Of a DNA stretch of 64,000 bases, positions 19,674 to 28,895 are shown piece after piece. The position numbers were made by a program, and so were the translations under genes. Below the pieces are notes generated by a model that was not told the origin of the DNA, did not search any database, and saw only the letters and a list, made by a program, of their open reading frames with translations. This DNA comes from Clostridia bacterium (GTDB lineage: Bacteria > Bacillota > Clostridia > UMGS1883), in contig JAZRTB010000032.1 in the NCBI GenBank assembly GCA_045651805.1, positions 14,178 to 78,177 on the forward strand, written 5' to 3'. The stretch's first letter is position 1. Each line of letters begins with the position of its first letter.

Positions 19674-21767
19674 GTGTTGAAACCTGAAAAAAATTACGCA
19701 TTCAGAATGCGAATGCTTGACATTCACGAAAAGAATATAATAGACAAGTGTATCGCAAAAAAGGAAAACGAGTTTGAAATCAAAGATGGTTTCAGTATCT
19801 TTTTACCTGAAAATTGTGGTGATGTCGTAATGACTGCTGCAAAGGATTTCTTGGATTATTTATTTACATCGATGGGAATATCTGCTCTTTTAAAATATGG
19901 TGAAAGCCAAGACGATAACAAGATTGTGATTAAGAAAAATTTCAGCACAGAGGACGAACTCGGTGAAGCCTTTGGTTATCGTGGCTATCGTATAGATACA
20001 GATGAAAATGGCATTACTGTATACGGATTTGATGAAAGAGGTATTGCGCAGGCACTTTACTCTCTTGAAGATGCTATGAGTATGAGAAAAGCTCCTTATC
20101 TTGAATGCGGTACAGTGAAAAGAAAACCTCTTTACTCACCGCAAATGATTCATTCCGGATACGGACTTGATGAATATCCCAACGAATATTTGTCCCGCAT
20201 AGCACATGAAGGTCGTGATGCAATACTTTTATTTGTAAAAGATTTGAACATAACACCTTTTGGTTATCTTGATTTTAATGAATTAATTTACAGAGCAGAA
20301 AAATATGGTATTGATGTGTATGCTTACAGTTATATGCTTAGTGAAAAGCATCCGGATGACCCAACTGCGGAAGCCTACTATGAAAATACATATGGCAAGC
20401 TTTTCAGGGAATGTCCCGGGCTTAAAGGTGTTGTGCTGGTTGGTGAATCAGTGGAATTTCCAAGCCGTGATCCGCACGTTGCCAAACCGGGGACAGGTGG
20501 TCAATTAGTTGAAGGAATTCCTACCGGAAAACCAAGACCCGGGTGGTATCCTTGTGAGGACTATTCATCCTGGATTATTATGGTGAAAAATATAATCAGA
20601 AGGTATAAAAAGGATGCGGATATAGTTTTCTGGACATACAATTGGGGAAGCGAAGAAAAGAAAGCAAGGATAAAACTTATAAATTCACTTCCGACAGATA
20701 TTTCTCTTTTGGCAACATTTGAAATGCATGAGAGCTATAAACTTGGAGATATTAGCAGTCGCTGTGCTGATTATACATTGTCATTTGAAGGCTACGGAAA
20801 TTATTTTAAAAGCGAAGCTGAAGCGGCAAAAAAGAGAGGTATTCGCCTCTATTCAATGACAAATACAGGTGGACAAACATGGGATTTCGGTGTTATTCCT
20901 TATGAGCCGTTTCCATATCAGTGGATAAAGAGATATAATAGAATGAAAGAAGCCAATGAAAAATGGGGACTCTGCGGCATAATGGAGAGTCATCATTACG
21001 GATTTTATCCTTCATTTATCAGTAAACTTTCAAAATATGTATTTAACGAGAATGAAAAAAATCCCGAAGAAATTCTTGTGTGGATTTTGAAGGGAGAATA
21101 CGGAAATTCTGTATGGGAGAAAGTGAATGCAGCTCTCCGACTGTGGAGTGAGGCTATCACTTACTACATTCCCAGTAATGCAGACCAGTATGGGGCTTTT
21201 AGAGTAGGACCTTCGTATCCGTTTTGTTTGGACAGAGTGACAAACCTGATTGCGGCACCTTACAGTGTATTCGGTTCAGGAATTTGCAGACCTGTATATA
21301 ATGCAAGTAGTGACGGTAGATTATCTGTAACTTCTATGCGTATGAAAGAAGAAATAAAATCTCTTAAAATAATGAGAGAAAAAATAGAGCAAGGTCTAGA
21401 AATTCTTAATAAAATTGAAGATAAGAGCGAAAAACTTATTTATCTCATAAATTTGGGTAAATTTATTCTCAAAAGTGTAATTACAGGTATACATGCGAAA
21501 AAATGGCATATTCTGAAGTCAACACTTCACTATGAAGAAAGAAAAGAGGTTCTCATAGATGTCATTTCAGAAATGGAAGAACTTTTGAGAAATGAAATAA
21601 AAAATGCAGAAGAAACAATTGAATTAGTACAGCTTGATTCTCGCCTTGGATGGGAACCAAGTATGGAATATATGACAGATGAGAAACATCTGCAATGGAA
21701 AATAAAACAGCTTAATTATGTGATTGACGTCGAACTTAATGAAAATAAGAAGTCTTTAAGATTGTAA
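19674..21767 (+). CDS. Hypothetical protein (697 aa), possible glycoside-hydrolase-like TIM-barrel protein with C-terminal coiled-coil
   Basis: GTG start 6 nt after GGAGGT. No confident family. The central region is barrel-like (VLVGESVEF..., WTYNWG). The C-terminal ~150 aa are helical and Lys/Glu-rich. Confidence 0.5.
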   Translation: MLKPEKNYAFRMRMLDIHEKNIIDKCIAKKENEFEIKDGFSIFLPENCGDVVMTAAKDFLDYLFTSMGISALLKYGESQDDNKIVIKKNFSTEDELGEAFGYRGYRIDTDENGITVYGFDERGIAQALYSLEDAMSMRKAPYLECGTVKRKPLYSPQMIHSGYGLDEYPNEYLSRIAHEGRDAILLFVKDLNITPFGYLDFNELIYRAEKYGIDVYAYSYMLSEKHPDDPTAEAYYENTYGKLFRECPGLKGVVLVGESVEFPSRDPHVAKPGTGGQLVEGIPTGKPRPGWYPCEDYSSWIIMVKNIIRRYKKDADIVFWTYNWGSEEKKARIKLINSLPTDISLLATFEMHESYKLGDISSRCADYTLSFEGYGNYFKSEAEAAKKRGIRLYSMTNTGGQTWDFGVIPYEPFPYQWIKRYNRMKEANEKWGLCGIMESHHYGFYPSFISKLSKYVFNENEKNPEEILVWILKGEYGNSVWEKVNAALRLWSEAITYYIPSNADQYGAFRVGPSYPFCLDRVTNLIAAPYSVFGSGICRPVYNASSDGRLSVTSMRMKEEIKSLKIMREKIEQGLEILNKIEDKSEKLIYLINLGKFILKSVITGIHAKKWHILKSTLHYEERKEVLIDVISEMEELLRNEIKNAEETIELVQLDSRLGWEPSMEYMTDEKHLQWKIKQLNYVIDVELNENKKSLRL

Positions 21768-21781
21768 AAGGAGTGAAAAAT

Positions 21782-23626
21782 GTGAGTTTTATACTTGGAT
21801 GTAATTATTGGGCATCAAATGCAGGTGCAGAAATGTGGCGTGATTTTGATATAAACGCAGTGGAAAAGGATATGAAAATTCTAGCCGAGCATGGAGTAAC
21901 TCATATCAGAGTTTTTCCTAATTGGAGAGATTTCCAACCAGTTATACCTGTCTACACTGATGCAGGCTCACTTGCAGAATACCGTCTTGAAGGTGGCTGC
22001 AAAAGTGAAAACGAATATTATCTTGACGAAGTAATGCTCGGGCGATTTTCTGACTTACTTGATGTATGCGAAAAGCACTCAGTCAAAGTAATTGTGGGTC
22101 TTATCACGGGATGGATGAGTGGCAGACTTTTCGTTCCTCCTGCGCTTTATAGTAAAAATATAATCACAGACCATTTATCGCAGTATTTTCAGCAGTTATT
22201 TATTCGTGGATTTATAGAAAGATTCAAAGACAGAGAGAGCATCATCGCATGGGACCTCGGTAACGAATGTAACGGGATGAGTCCCGTGGAAGAACGTTTT
22301 CAGGCAGCAAACTGGACAAGTATCGTATCAAATGCTATCCGCAGTGCAGACCCGAGCCGCCCTGTGATTTCAGGTATGCATGGCCTTTATGCAAATGGTA
22401 AATGGATGATAAAAGATCAGGCAATGTTTACAGATATGCTTACCACTCATCCGTATCCCTATTGGTCAGAGCATACCCGTGTTGATAAAAACCTTTCATT
22501 CAGAACGTCTCTTCATCCCACCGCGCAGACAAAATACTATGCGGAAATAGGCGGTAAGCCTTGTATGGCAGAGGAAACAGGTACTATGGGACCGATGCTC
22601 TGCAGTAATGAAAAGGCAGCTGACTTTATCAGAGTCAATATGTTCTCACTCTGGGCAAACGGCTCTACCGGTTATATGTGGTGGTGTGCCAACGATCAGG
22701 ACCACCTTATGACCTTCCCTTATACAGCACAGATGGTTGAAACAGAGCTTGGTATGATTGAGAAAGACGGAACTGTGAAACCCGTTCTTAAGGAAATGAA
22801 AAAATTCTCCGGATTTCTTGAAAGCTTCAAGGGAGAACTTGCTCCTGCAAGAACCGATGCCGTTTGTATCGTATCACAGACACAAAATCAGTGGGGAGTA
22901 GGGTATATTACATATCTTCTTTTCCGCAAAGCAGGACTGAATTGCAAATTTGCATATAGCGAGGATAAAATTCCCGAATCAAAATTGTATTTACTGCCAT
23001 CGGTAAATAGTTTTCGTGTTATGCCTAAAGAAAATTATCTTGAGCTTAAAAAACGTGTATACGATGGTGCTGATTTATATATTTCCATGGATGACGGCAT
23101 TCTGTCAGGATTTGAAGAATTAACCGGACTGAAGGTAGTCGATTCGTATCTGAATCATGAAAATGGAGAGCTTGTACTGGATGGAGAAAAGATTAAGTTT
23201 TCAAGAAATTTTAATCTGATTTGTGAGAACACTAAAGCAGAAATTCTGGCAAAAGATAATGAAGGCAATCCAATTATCACATTAAACCGCTACGGGAAAG
23301 GTAGAGTTTTCTTTGTGGCATATCCTCTTGAAAACAATCTTGTAGACGAACACGATGCCTTTTCAAAGAACTATGCTTGTATCTATAAAGCTCTTTTTAA
23401 AGAGCATACAGAAGATTATCCCGTCCGTGTAAATAATGATAATGTTGTATTAACCTGCCACAATGATGGAGAAAATTATGTTCTCGTTTTGTTAAATCAT
23501 TCTGATAAAAGAACAGTGCTTGATTTAAGCATAAAAGATAATTTTTATATTGCCGAAGTAGTTTATGGCAGTGAGGATGTTATAGAAGCTTTTGATGCGT
23601 GTATCTTTAAAATAACGCATAAGTAG
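21782..23626 (+). CDS. Putative glycoside hydrolase of clan GH-A (GH5/GH42-like beta-glycosidase)
   Basis: GTG at 21782 lies 9 nt after AAAGGAG; the ORF-track GTG at 21773 directly abuts the RBS. N-terminal (beta/alpha)8-like pattern with WDLGNECNG, the NE acid/base-type motif of clan GH-A. The C-terminal domain is reminiscent of GH42 accessory domains. Confidence 0.5.
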   Translation: MSFILGCNYWASNAGAEMWRDFDINAVEKDMKILAEHGVTHIRVFPNWRDFQPVIPVYTDAGSLAEYRLEGGCKSENEYYLDEVMLGRFSDLLDVCEKHSVKVIVGLITGWMSGRLFVPPALYSKNIITDHLSQYFQQLFIRGFIERFKDRESIIAWDLGNECNGMSPVEERFQAANWTSIVSNAIRSADPSRPVISGMHGLYANGKWMIKDQAMFTDMLTTHPYPYWSEHTRVDKNLSFRTSLHPTAQTKYYAEIGGKPCMAEETGTMGPMLCSNEKAADFIRVNMFSLWANGSTGYMWWCANDQDHLMTFPYTAQMVETELGMIEKDGTVKPVLKEMKKFSGFLESFKGELAPARTDAVCIVSQTQNQWGVGYITYLLFRKAGLNCKFAYSEDKIPESKLYLLPSVNSFRVMPKENYLELKKRVYDGADLYISMDDGILSGFEELTGLKVVDSYLNHENGELVLDGEKIKFSRNFNLICENTKAEILAKDNEGNPIITLNRYGKGRVFFVAYPLENNLVDEHDAFSKNYACIYKALFKEHTEDYPVRVNNDNVVLTCHNDGENYVLVLLNHSDKRTVLDLSIKDNFYIAEVVYGSEDVIEAFDACIFKITHK

Positions 23627-23642
23627 AAACGAGTAAGTTAAA

Positions 23643-25535
23643 ATGGAAATCTTGAAATTAAAACCGATATACAAAGATTACATATGGGGTGGAGAAAAGC
23701 TTCGTTCCATATATGGCAAAAATACTGAAATAACTCCCCTTGCGGAAAGTTGGGAGCTTAGCTGTCATTCTGATGGACAAAGCACTATTGTTGGAGGAGA
23801 ATACGATGGAAAAGTCCTTGAAGAGTACATAAAAGAAAACAAGGGTTGCCTCGGTACTCTTTGCAAATCTGATGAGCTTCCTATTCTTATTAAACTAATT
23901 GATGCACATGATAATTTGAGCGTTCAGGTACATCCCGATGCCAAGATGGCTAAAGAAATGGAAGGACAGAACGGCAAAACTGAAATGTGGTATGTTGTTC
24001 AGGCTGATAAGGGTGCAAAAATGACCTACGGGATGAAACAGGATACTGCAAAGGAAGAAATGGAAAACGCAATAAAGAATAATACTGTTGAGGAACTTTT
24101 GAATACCGTTTCATCTAAAAAAGGTGATGTGTTCTTTGTGGAGGCAGGTACAATTCACGCTATTGGAAAAGGAAATGTTATTGCGGAAATTCAGCAGAAC
24201 AGTAATGTTACATACCGTCTTTATGATTACGGCAGAATCGGAAAAGACGGAAACCCCCGTGAGCTTCATATTGAAAAAGGGGTAAAAGCATCTAATTGTA
24301 AAAAGAATAAAGAGAGAAAAATTCCAACTTGCTCTGACGGTACAAGGCTTTTGGGAAGTTGTGAATACTTTGCAGTAAAGGAAATAAAGCTTTCGGGCAG
24401 TAAGAGCTTTGTTGCTGACAAAAAAAGCTACCACGCACTTATGGTTGTAGATGGAGAAACAGTGCTTACAACAAAAGATGATGCACAGAAAATTAGTCTT
24501 GGAGAAACAGTATTTATACCTGCAGGAATGGGTGAATATACCCTTACGGGAAAAGCTACAATTCTCCTTACAACAAATCAGCATGAGTATTATGTAGGAA
24601 TTGACCTCGGCGGAACAAATATAGCTGCCGCAGTTGTTGATGAATATGGAGTAATATACGGCAGAAGCACACGCAAAACAAATGCACCAAGAGCCTATGA
24701 AGAGATTTTCTCCGATATGGCAGAATGTGCAAAGGATGCCGCAAAGGAAAGCGGAATCAGCTTTAGCGATATAATATCAGTAGGAATTGGTTGCCCGGGT
24801 GCAATAGATAAAGAAAACGGAAATATAGAGTTTTCAAATAACCTTGATTTTTATGATGTGCCTATTGTATCATATATGGAAAATCATCTCGGTAAAAAGG
24901 TTTATGTTGAAAACGATGCCAATGCCGCTGCATGGGGAGAATTTCTTGTAGGTAGTGGTAAGGGTACTAATAGTATGGTGATGATAACCCTCGGAACAGG
25001 GGTAGGTAGTGGTATTATAGATAACGGGCATCTTTTGACCGGTGCATACGGCAAAGGTGCAGAGATTGGCCATATAACACTTATTGCAGGTGGGGAAAAA
25101 TGCACTTGCGGAAGATGTGGCTGTTTTGAGGCTTATGCGTCCGCAACTGCTCTTATCACTCAAACAAAAAAAGCTATGAAAGAAAATCCCGACAGTGAAA
25201 TGTGGAAAATTGCAAAAACACTTTTCAAAGTTGAAGGGAAAACAGCTTTTGCGGCAAAGGATAAAACGGCAAAAGAAGTAATAAAAAATTATCTTGGATA
25301 TCTTTCAGAAGGTGTTGTAAACATCGTCAATATTTTTCAACCTGAAATCATCTGTATAGGTGGCGGTGTAAGTAACGCGGGAGAAAAAATCCTGAAACCT
25401 GTTAGAAAGAATGTAGAAAAATACGCCTTTTCACGATTCGGAAAAGAACAAACAGAAGTTAAGATAGCTACACTTGGTAATAATGCTGGGATAATTGGTG
25501 CGGCATTATTATGGAAAAATGAGGTGCAAAAATGA
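23643..25535 (+). CDS. Bifunctional fusion: class I mannose-6-phosphate isomerase (cupin, ManA/Pmi-like) fused to ROK-family sugar kinase (glucokinase/fructokinase-like)
   Basis: The N-terminal ~310 aa match Bacillus-type ManA (KPIYKDYIWGG, ESWELSCH, LSVQVHPDD, GKTEMWYV, GTIHAIGKG, QQNSNVTYRLYDYGR). The C-terminal ~315 aa are ROK (YYVGIDLGGTNIAAAVVDEYG, zinc motif CTCGRCGCFEAYAS). Confidence 0.85.
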   Translation: MEILKLKPIYKDYIWGGEKLRSIYGKNTEITPLAESWELSCHSDGQSTIVGGEYDGKVLEEYIKENKGCLGTLCKSDELPILIKLIDAHDNLSVQVHPDAKMAKEMEGQNGKTEMWYVVQADKGAKMTYGMKQDTAKEEMENAIKNNTVEELLNTVSSKKGDVFFVEAGTIHAIGKGNVIAEIQQNSNVTYRLYDYGRIGKDGNPRELHIEKGVKASNCKKNKERKIPTCSDGTRLLGSCEYFAVKEIKLSGSKSFVADKKSYHALMVVDGETVLTTKDDAQKISLGETVFIPAGMGEYTLTGKATILLTTNQHEYYVGIDLGGTNIAAAVVDEYGVIYGRSTRKTNAPRAYEEIFSDMAECAKDAAKESGISFSDIISVGIGCPGAIDKENGNIEFSNNLDFYDVPIVSYMENHLGKKVYVENDANAAAWGEFLVGSGKGTNSMVMITLGTGVGSGIIDNGHLLTGAYGKGAEIGHITLIAGGEKCTCGRCGCFEAYASATALITQTKKAMKENPDSEMWKIAKTLFKVEGKTAFAAKDKTAKEVIKNYLGYLSEGVVNIVNIFQPEIICIGGGVSNAGEKILKPVRKNVEKYAFSRFGKEQTEVKIATLGNNAGIIGAALLWKNEVQK

Positions 25536-26767
25536 GTCAATTTAACGAAATAAAAGAAATTTATACATCACTCGGTGTCGACGTAGAAAAAGCACTTGAA
25601 ACAGTAAAGAACATCCCCATTTCAATGCATTGCTGGCAGGGGGATGATGTAATCGGTTTTGACAGTTTTGGTGAACTTACGGGCGGAATTCAGACAACAG
25701 GTAACTACCCCGGCAGAGCAAGAAATCTCGAGGAACTTATGGCAGACCTTGACAAAGCAATGTCACTCGTCCCCGGTAAGAAAAAGGTTAATGTTCACGC
25801 CTGCTACGCTGTATTTAACGGCAATAAGGCAGACCGTGATGCTCTTAAACAGGAACACTTCAAAGCTTGGGTAGACTTTGCAAAGGAAAGAGGAATGGGT
25901 CTTGACTTTAACCCCACATTCTTCTCACACTCTATGGTAAAGGATAATCTTACACTTTCATCACCTGATGAAGACGTTAGAAAGTTCTGGGTAGAACACG
26001 GTAAAAGATGTGTTGAAATATCACAGTATTTTGCAGAAGAAACAGGTATCCCCTGCGTAATGAATATATGGATTCCCGACGGTTACAAGGATATTCCTGC
26101 AGATAGACTCGGACCAAGAGAAAGATTCAAGAAATCCCTTGATGAAATTCTTTCAATTCCTTATGACAAGGAAAAGGTTTATGTATGCCTTGAATCAAAG
26201 GTGTTCGGTATCGGTATGGAATCTTACACAGTAGGAAGTGCAGAATTCTGTCTTAACTATGTAAATCAGAAGGGTATTACCCCCCTTATGGATAACGGTC
26301 ATTATCATCCCACAGAAGTAGTTTCCGATAAGATTGCATCAATGCTTCCGTTCCACGAGAAGATTGCGCTTCACGTAACACGTGGCGTAAGATGGGATAG
26401 CGACCACGTTGTACTCTTTGACGATGAAACAAAGGAAATTGCAAAGGAAATCGTACATCATAATGCAACTGACCGAGTATTCATCGCAACAGACTACTTT
26501 GATGCATCAATAAACAGAATTTCAGCTTGGGTAACAGGTATGAGAAGCGTGCAGAAAGCACTCTTAAATGCACTCCTTCAGCCGGTAGATACACTTAAAT
26601 CACTTCAGAACGAAGGAAGACTTACCGAGCTTATGGTGCTTCAGGAAGAGCTTAAGACAGCACCCTTTGGTGATGTTTGGACAGAGTATCTTAACCGAGA
26701 ACATGTAAATGCAAACTACATTGATGAAGTGTTAAAATACGAGAAAGAAGTATTACTTCAAAGATAA
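25532..26767 (+). CDS. rhaA: L-rhamnose isomerase
   Basis: 411 aa with the conserved MHCWQGDDV motif and overall RhaA-like xylose-isomerase-type TIM barrel. Start overlaps the upstream stop (ATGA). Confidence 0.88.
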   Translation: MSQFNEIKEIYTSLGVDVEKALETVKNIPISMHCWQGDDVIGFDSFGELTGGIQTTGNYPGRARNLEELMADLDKAMSLVPGKKKVNVHACYAVFNGNKADRDALKQEHFKAWVDFAKERGMGLDFNPTFFSHSMVKDNLTLSSPDEDVRKFWVEHGKRCVEISQYFAEETGIPCVMNIWIPDGYKDIPADRLGPRERFKKSLDEILSIPYDKEKVYVCLESKVFGIGMESYTVGSAEFCLNYVNQKGITPLMDNGHYHPTEVVSDKIASMLPFHEKIALHVTRGVRWDSDHVVLFDDETKEIAKEIVHHNATDRVFIATDYFDASINRISAWVTGMRSVQKALLNALLQPVDTLKSLQNEGRLTELMVLQEELKTAPFGDVWTEYLNREHVNANYIDEVLKYEKEVLLQR

Positions 26768-26796
26768 CTTCAGCAACAAGCTTTTCGAAGCTTTTG

Positions 26797-26898
26797 CACA
26801 ACAACTCCGGTTTTCCTCTACATAATCAAACTTGCCATGAGTTTTTCATAAAGCCGGAGTTGTTGTTATATATAAGGTATAAACTTTGCCATGAGTTT
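26797..26898. promoter_or_regulatory. Repeat-rich leader at left island junction: 14-bp inverted repeat (CACAACAACTCCGG / CCGGAGTTGTTGTT) interleaved with two direct repeats AAACTT(T)GCCATGAGTTT
   Basis: Read directly: IR arms at 26797..26810 and 26854..26867; DR copies at 26828..26844 and 26881..26898. Lies in the 416-bp intergenic region downstream of rhaA. Confidence 0.3.
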
Positions 26899-27183
26899 AT
26901 ATACATAGTGTTGGGCGTTGCGGAGATTTTCCGGGCGCCCTTCCTCGTAATACAGAAATATAAATACTTCGCTTGGGGAATGAAAACAAATTTGACATCT
27001 TTTTTGACATCTACTATATTAAAAAAGCGTAATTATATATAAAAGCAGGTAACAAAGAAAACTCTATTATATTGGGGATTGTACAGAATTTGGAACTTAA
27101 TGAACTTCACGTTTTTACAGCTTTTAATCAAGTTGTCAACGAAGTCTTTTCGGAATTAATATATTAATCAGGGTGGTTAGAGT

Positions 27184-28131
27184 ATGAGTAAAGGATACGA
27201 AAAAGCAAAAAATATATATCAATCTGCTTCAGAAGAAAGCAGAAGTGAAAATAAAGATTGGGATTCATACTTTGACGAACTAGAAGATAGTGACTTCAAG
27301 CAATTTTACATAAACAATTCTAAGGAAAAAAGTTATCTTCGAAAAAAAGTTGATGGTAAAGATTTAAAAAGTTTTGCATCAAGAAAATTTTTATTAGTAG
27401 ATATTTGGAAATGTTTATATATAGAAGCATATTTGAAAAATTTTGGCGTAAAAAGAGAAGTTTTCGAGAGTGAAGTGCTGAAATATGGAAACAAAAAAAG
27501 TTCTAAAAGAATTTCTGAAAAAAGTGATGAATACAAATTAAACAAGTATGCATTAAAATATATCAAGGACTCCATTGATTCTATTACTGACGAAGGTGAA
27601 AAAATTTTCCCTGAATTTGAAAGTTTTAAAAGAGTAAAACTAAAAGATCTGACTGCCATTTTCGAATACGCCTTCGACGATCCTGATATAATGGAAAAAT
27701 TAAAGAAGGGCAGACATTGTAATTTTGATCCGGTTGAAGCGATGCTTATATTTTTTATTTTGGATGATAAATACAAGAAAGAAATTAAGCATATACGATA
27801 TAATGAGGGTCATCTGGTAAAACGAAGATATATGAACGGTCTTAAAAGATATGCAACTGCAATTGATAATAAGAGAAATTTATCACATGGGAGTATTGAA
27901 AACAACATAACTGACATTTATGAAAAAAGGGTAGAAGTATTGGAATCTGATTTACCTACAATTCATAATCTGATTGAGGATGCCATAGCCGAGTATAAAA
28001 AAGGTGATATTGAAAAAGTTATAGAAATATCAAAAAAATGCATAAAGAAATTAAAGAAATTTATTAAAAGAAATGAAAAATCAACACAAAGCACTATCCA
28101 AAACGTTGATCAAACAAAACTAAACAATTAA
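27184..28131 (+). CDS. Hypothetical Lys-rich protein (315 aa), island-encoded
   Basis: RBS GGGTGG upstream. AT-rich codon usage typical of the island. No recognised domain. Followed by its own terminator. Confidence 0.55.
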   Translation: MSKGYEKAKNIYQSASEESRSENKDWDSYFDELEDSDFKQFYINNSKEKSYLRKKVDGKDLKSFASRKFLLVDIWKCLYIEAYLKNFGVKREVFESEVLKYGNKKSSKRISEKSDEYKLNKYALKYIKDSIDSITDEGEKIFPEFESFKRVKLKDLTAIFEYAFDDPDIMEKLKKGRHCNFDPVEAMLIFFILDDKYKKEIKHIRYNEGHLVKRRYMNGLKRYATAIDNKRNLSHGSIENNITDIYEKRVEVLESDLPTIHNLIEDAIAEYKKGDIEKVIEISKKCIKKLKKFIKRNEKSTQSTIQNVDQTKLNN

Positions 28132-28149
28132 AAGAAAACTTTCTCATGG

Positions 28150-28190
28150 AACAGCTACAAACTGCGGTTTGTAGCTGTTTATTCGTTTTG
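28150..28190 (+). terminator. Rho-independent terminator (AACAGCTACAAA-CTGCGG-TTTGTAGCTGTT + T-rich tail)
   Basis: 12-bp stem followed by TATTCGTTTT, immediately after the stop of 27184..28131. Confidence 0.6.
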
Positions 28191-28373
28191 GACGAAAATA
28201 TGTCGTCTGCCGTATTTGTATACTTTAAAGTTTGTGTTTGTTGTTAGATAATAACATTTCTTGGTGAATAAAAAATTTTGAATCTTCACTAGTTTTAAAA
28301 AAATATGATTGGTATAATCAGAGATGTCCTGGCCGGGAAAAGTATTTATTAAATGAAAGGAGATTGTAAAGAT

Positions 28374-28895
28374 ATGATTCTTACTGAAAATACTATTAAA
28401 GAGGAACATATCTCTTGCAACGATGAGAACTTATCATTGCAAGAAAGGGAATTCTATAATATGGAATTCACCGAAGAAATCTACAATGCTGCATTAGAAC
28501 ACATGGATACAGCACTCAGATATTTGCGTTCTGCAGAAATGTACTTAATGGAAGATGATAATCTTGCGGCATTAGGGTATTTGAAATATGGTATGATACA
28601 TACCGCAAGAGCCTTGCTGAAGCTATATGACCCGGAAGACAAGAGTATTGATGTTATGAACCGTTTTGACAGAACATATGTAAAAACAGGTATTGTCTAT
28701 TCCGATAATTTCTTTTATTGGTATGACCTGGGTTTTTTATTAAAAGTTTTAGCATTTGATGCATGCTTTGAAGTTTCCGAGGATCAGGTTATCGAAGCTT
28801 TGGAATATGCGGATGCATTTTTCGAAGATGTAGACTATATCTTGTCGGAGTGCGCAGTGTGTGTAGAAGATGAACAGGAGGAATATGTATTATGA
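28374..28895 (+). CDS. HEPN-like helical domain protein (copy 1; lacks the conserved His found in copy 2)
   Basis: Segment AALEHMDTALRYLRSAEMYL...AALGYLKYGMIHTARALLKLYDPEDKSIDVMNRFDRTYVKTG follows the Pfam HEPN (PF05168-type) pattern A..YYAMFHAARALL...K.H.G.I..F. ATG at 28374 chosen after AAAGGAG; the ORF-track start is 28353. Confidence 0.55.
   Translation: MILTENTIKEEHISCNDENLSLQEREFYNMEFTEEIYNAALEHMDTALRYLRSAEMYLMEDDNLAALGYLKYGMIHTARALLKLYDPEDKSIDVMNRFDRTYVKTGIVYSDNFFYWYDLGFLLKVLAFDACFEVSEDQVIEALEYADAFFEDVDYILSECAVCVEDEQEEYVL

Noticed and set aside
26794-27042. 82-aa ORF in the rhaA-to-island intergenic region
   Set aside because: No RBS, it spans the repeat elements of the junction, and it has an odd composition. 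More likely a non-coding regulatory or att region.
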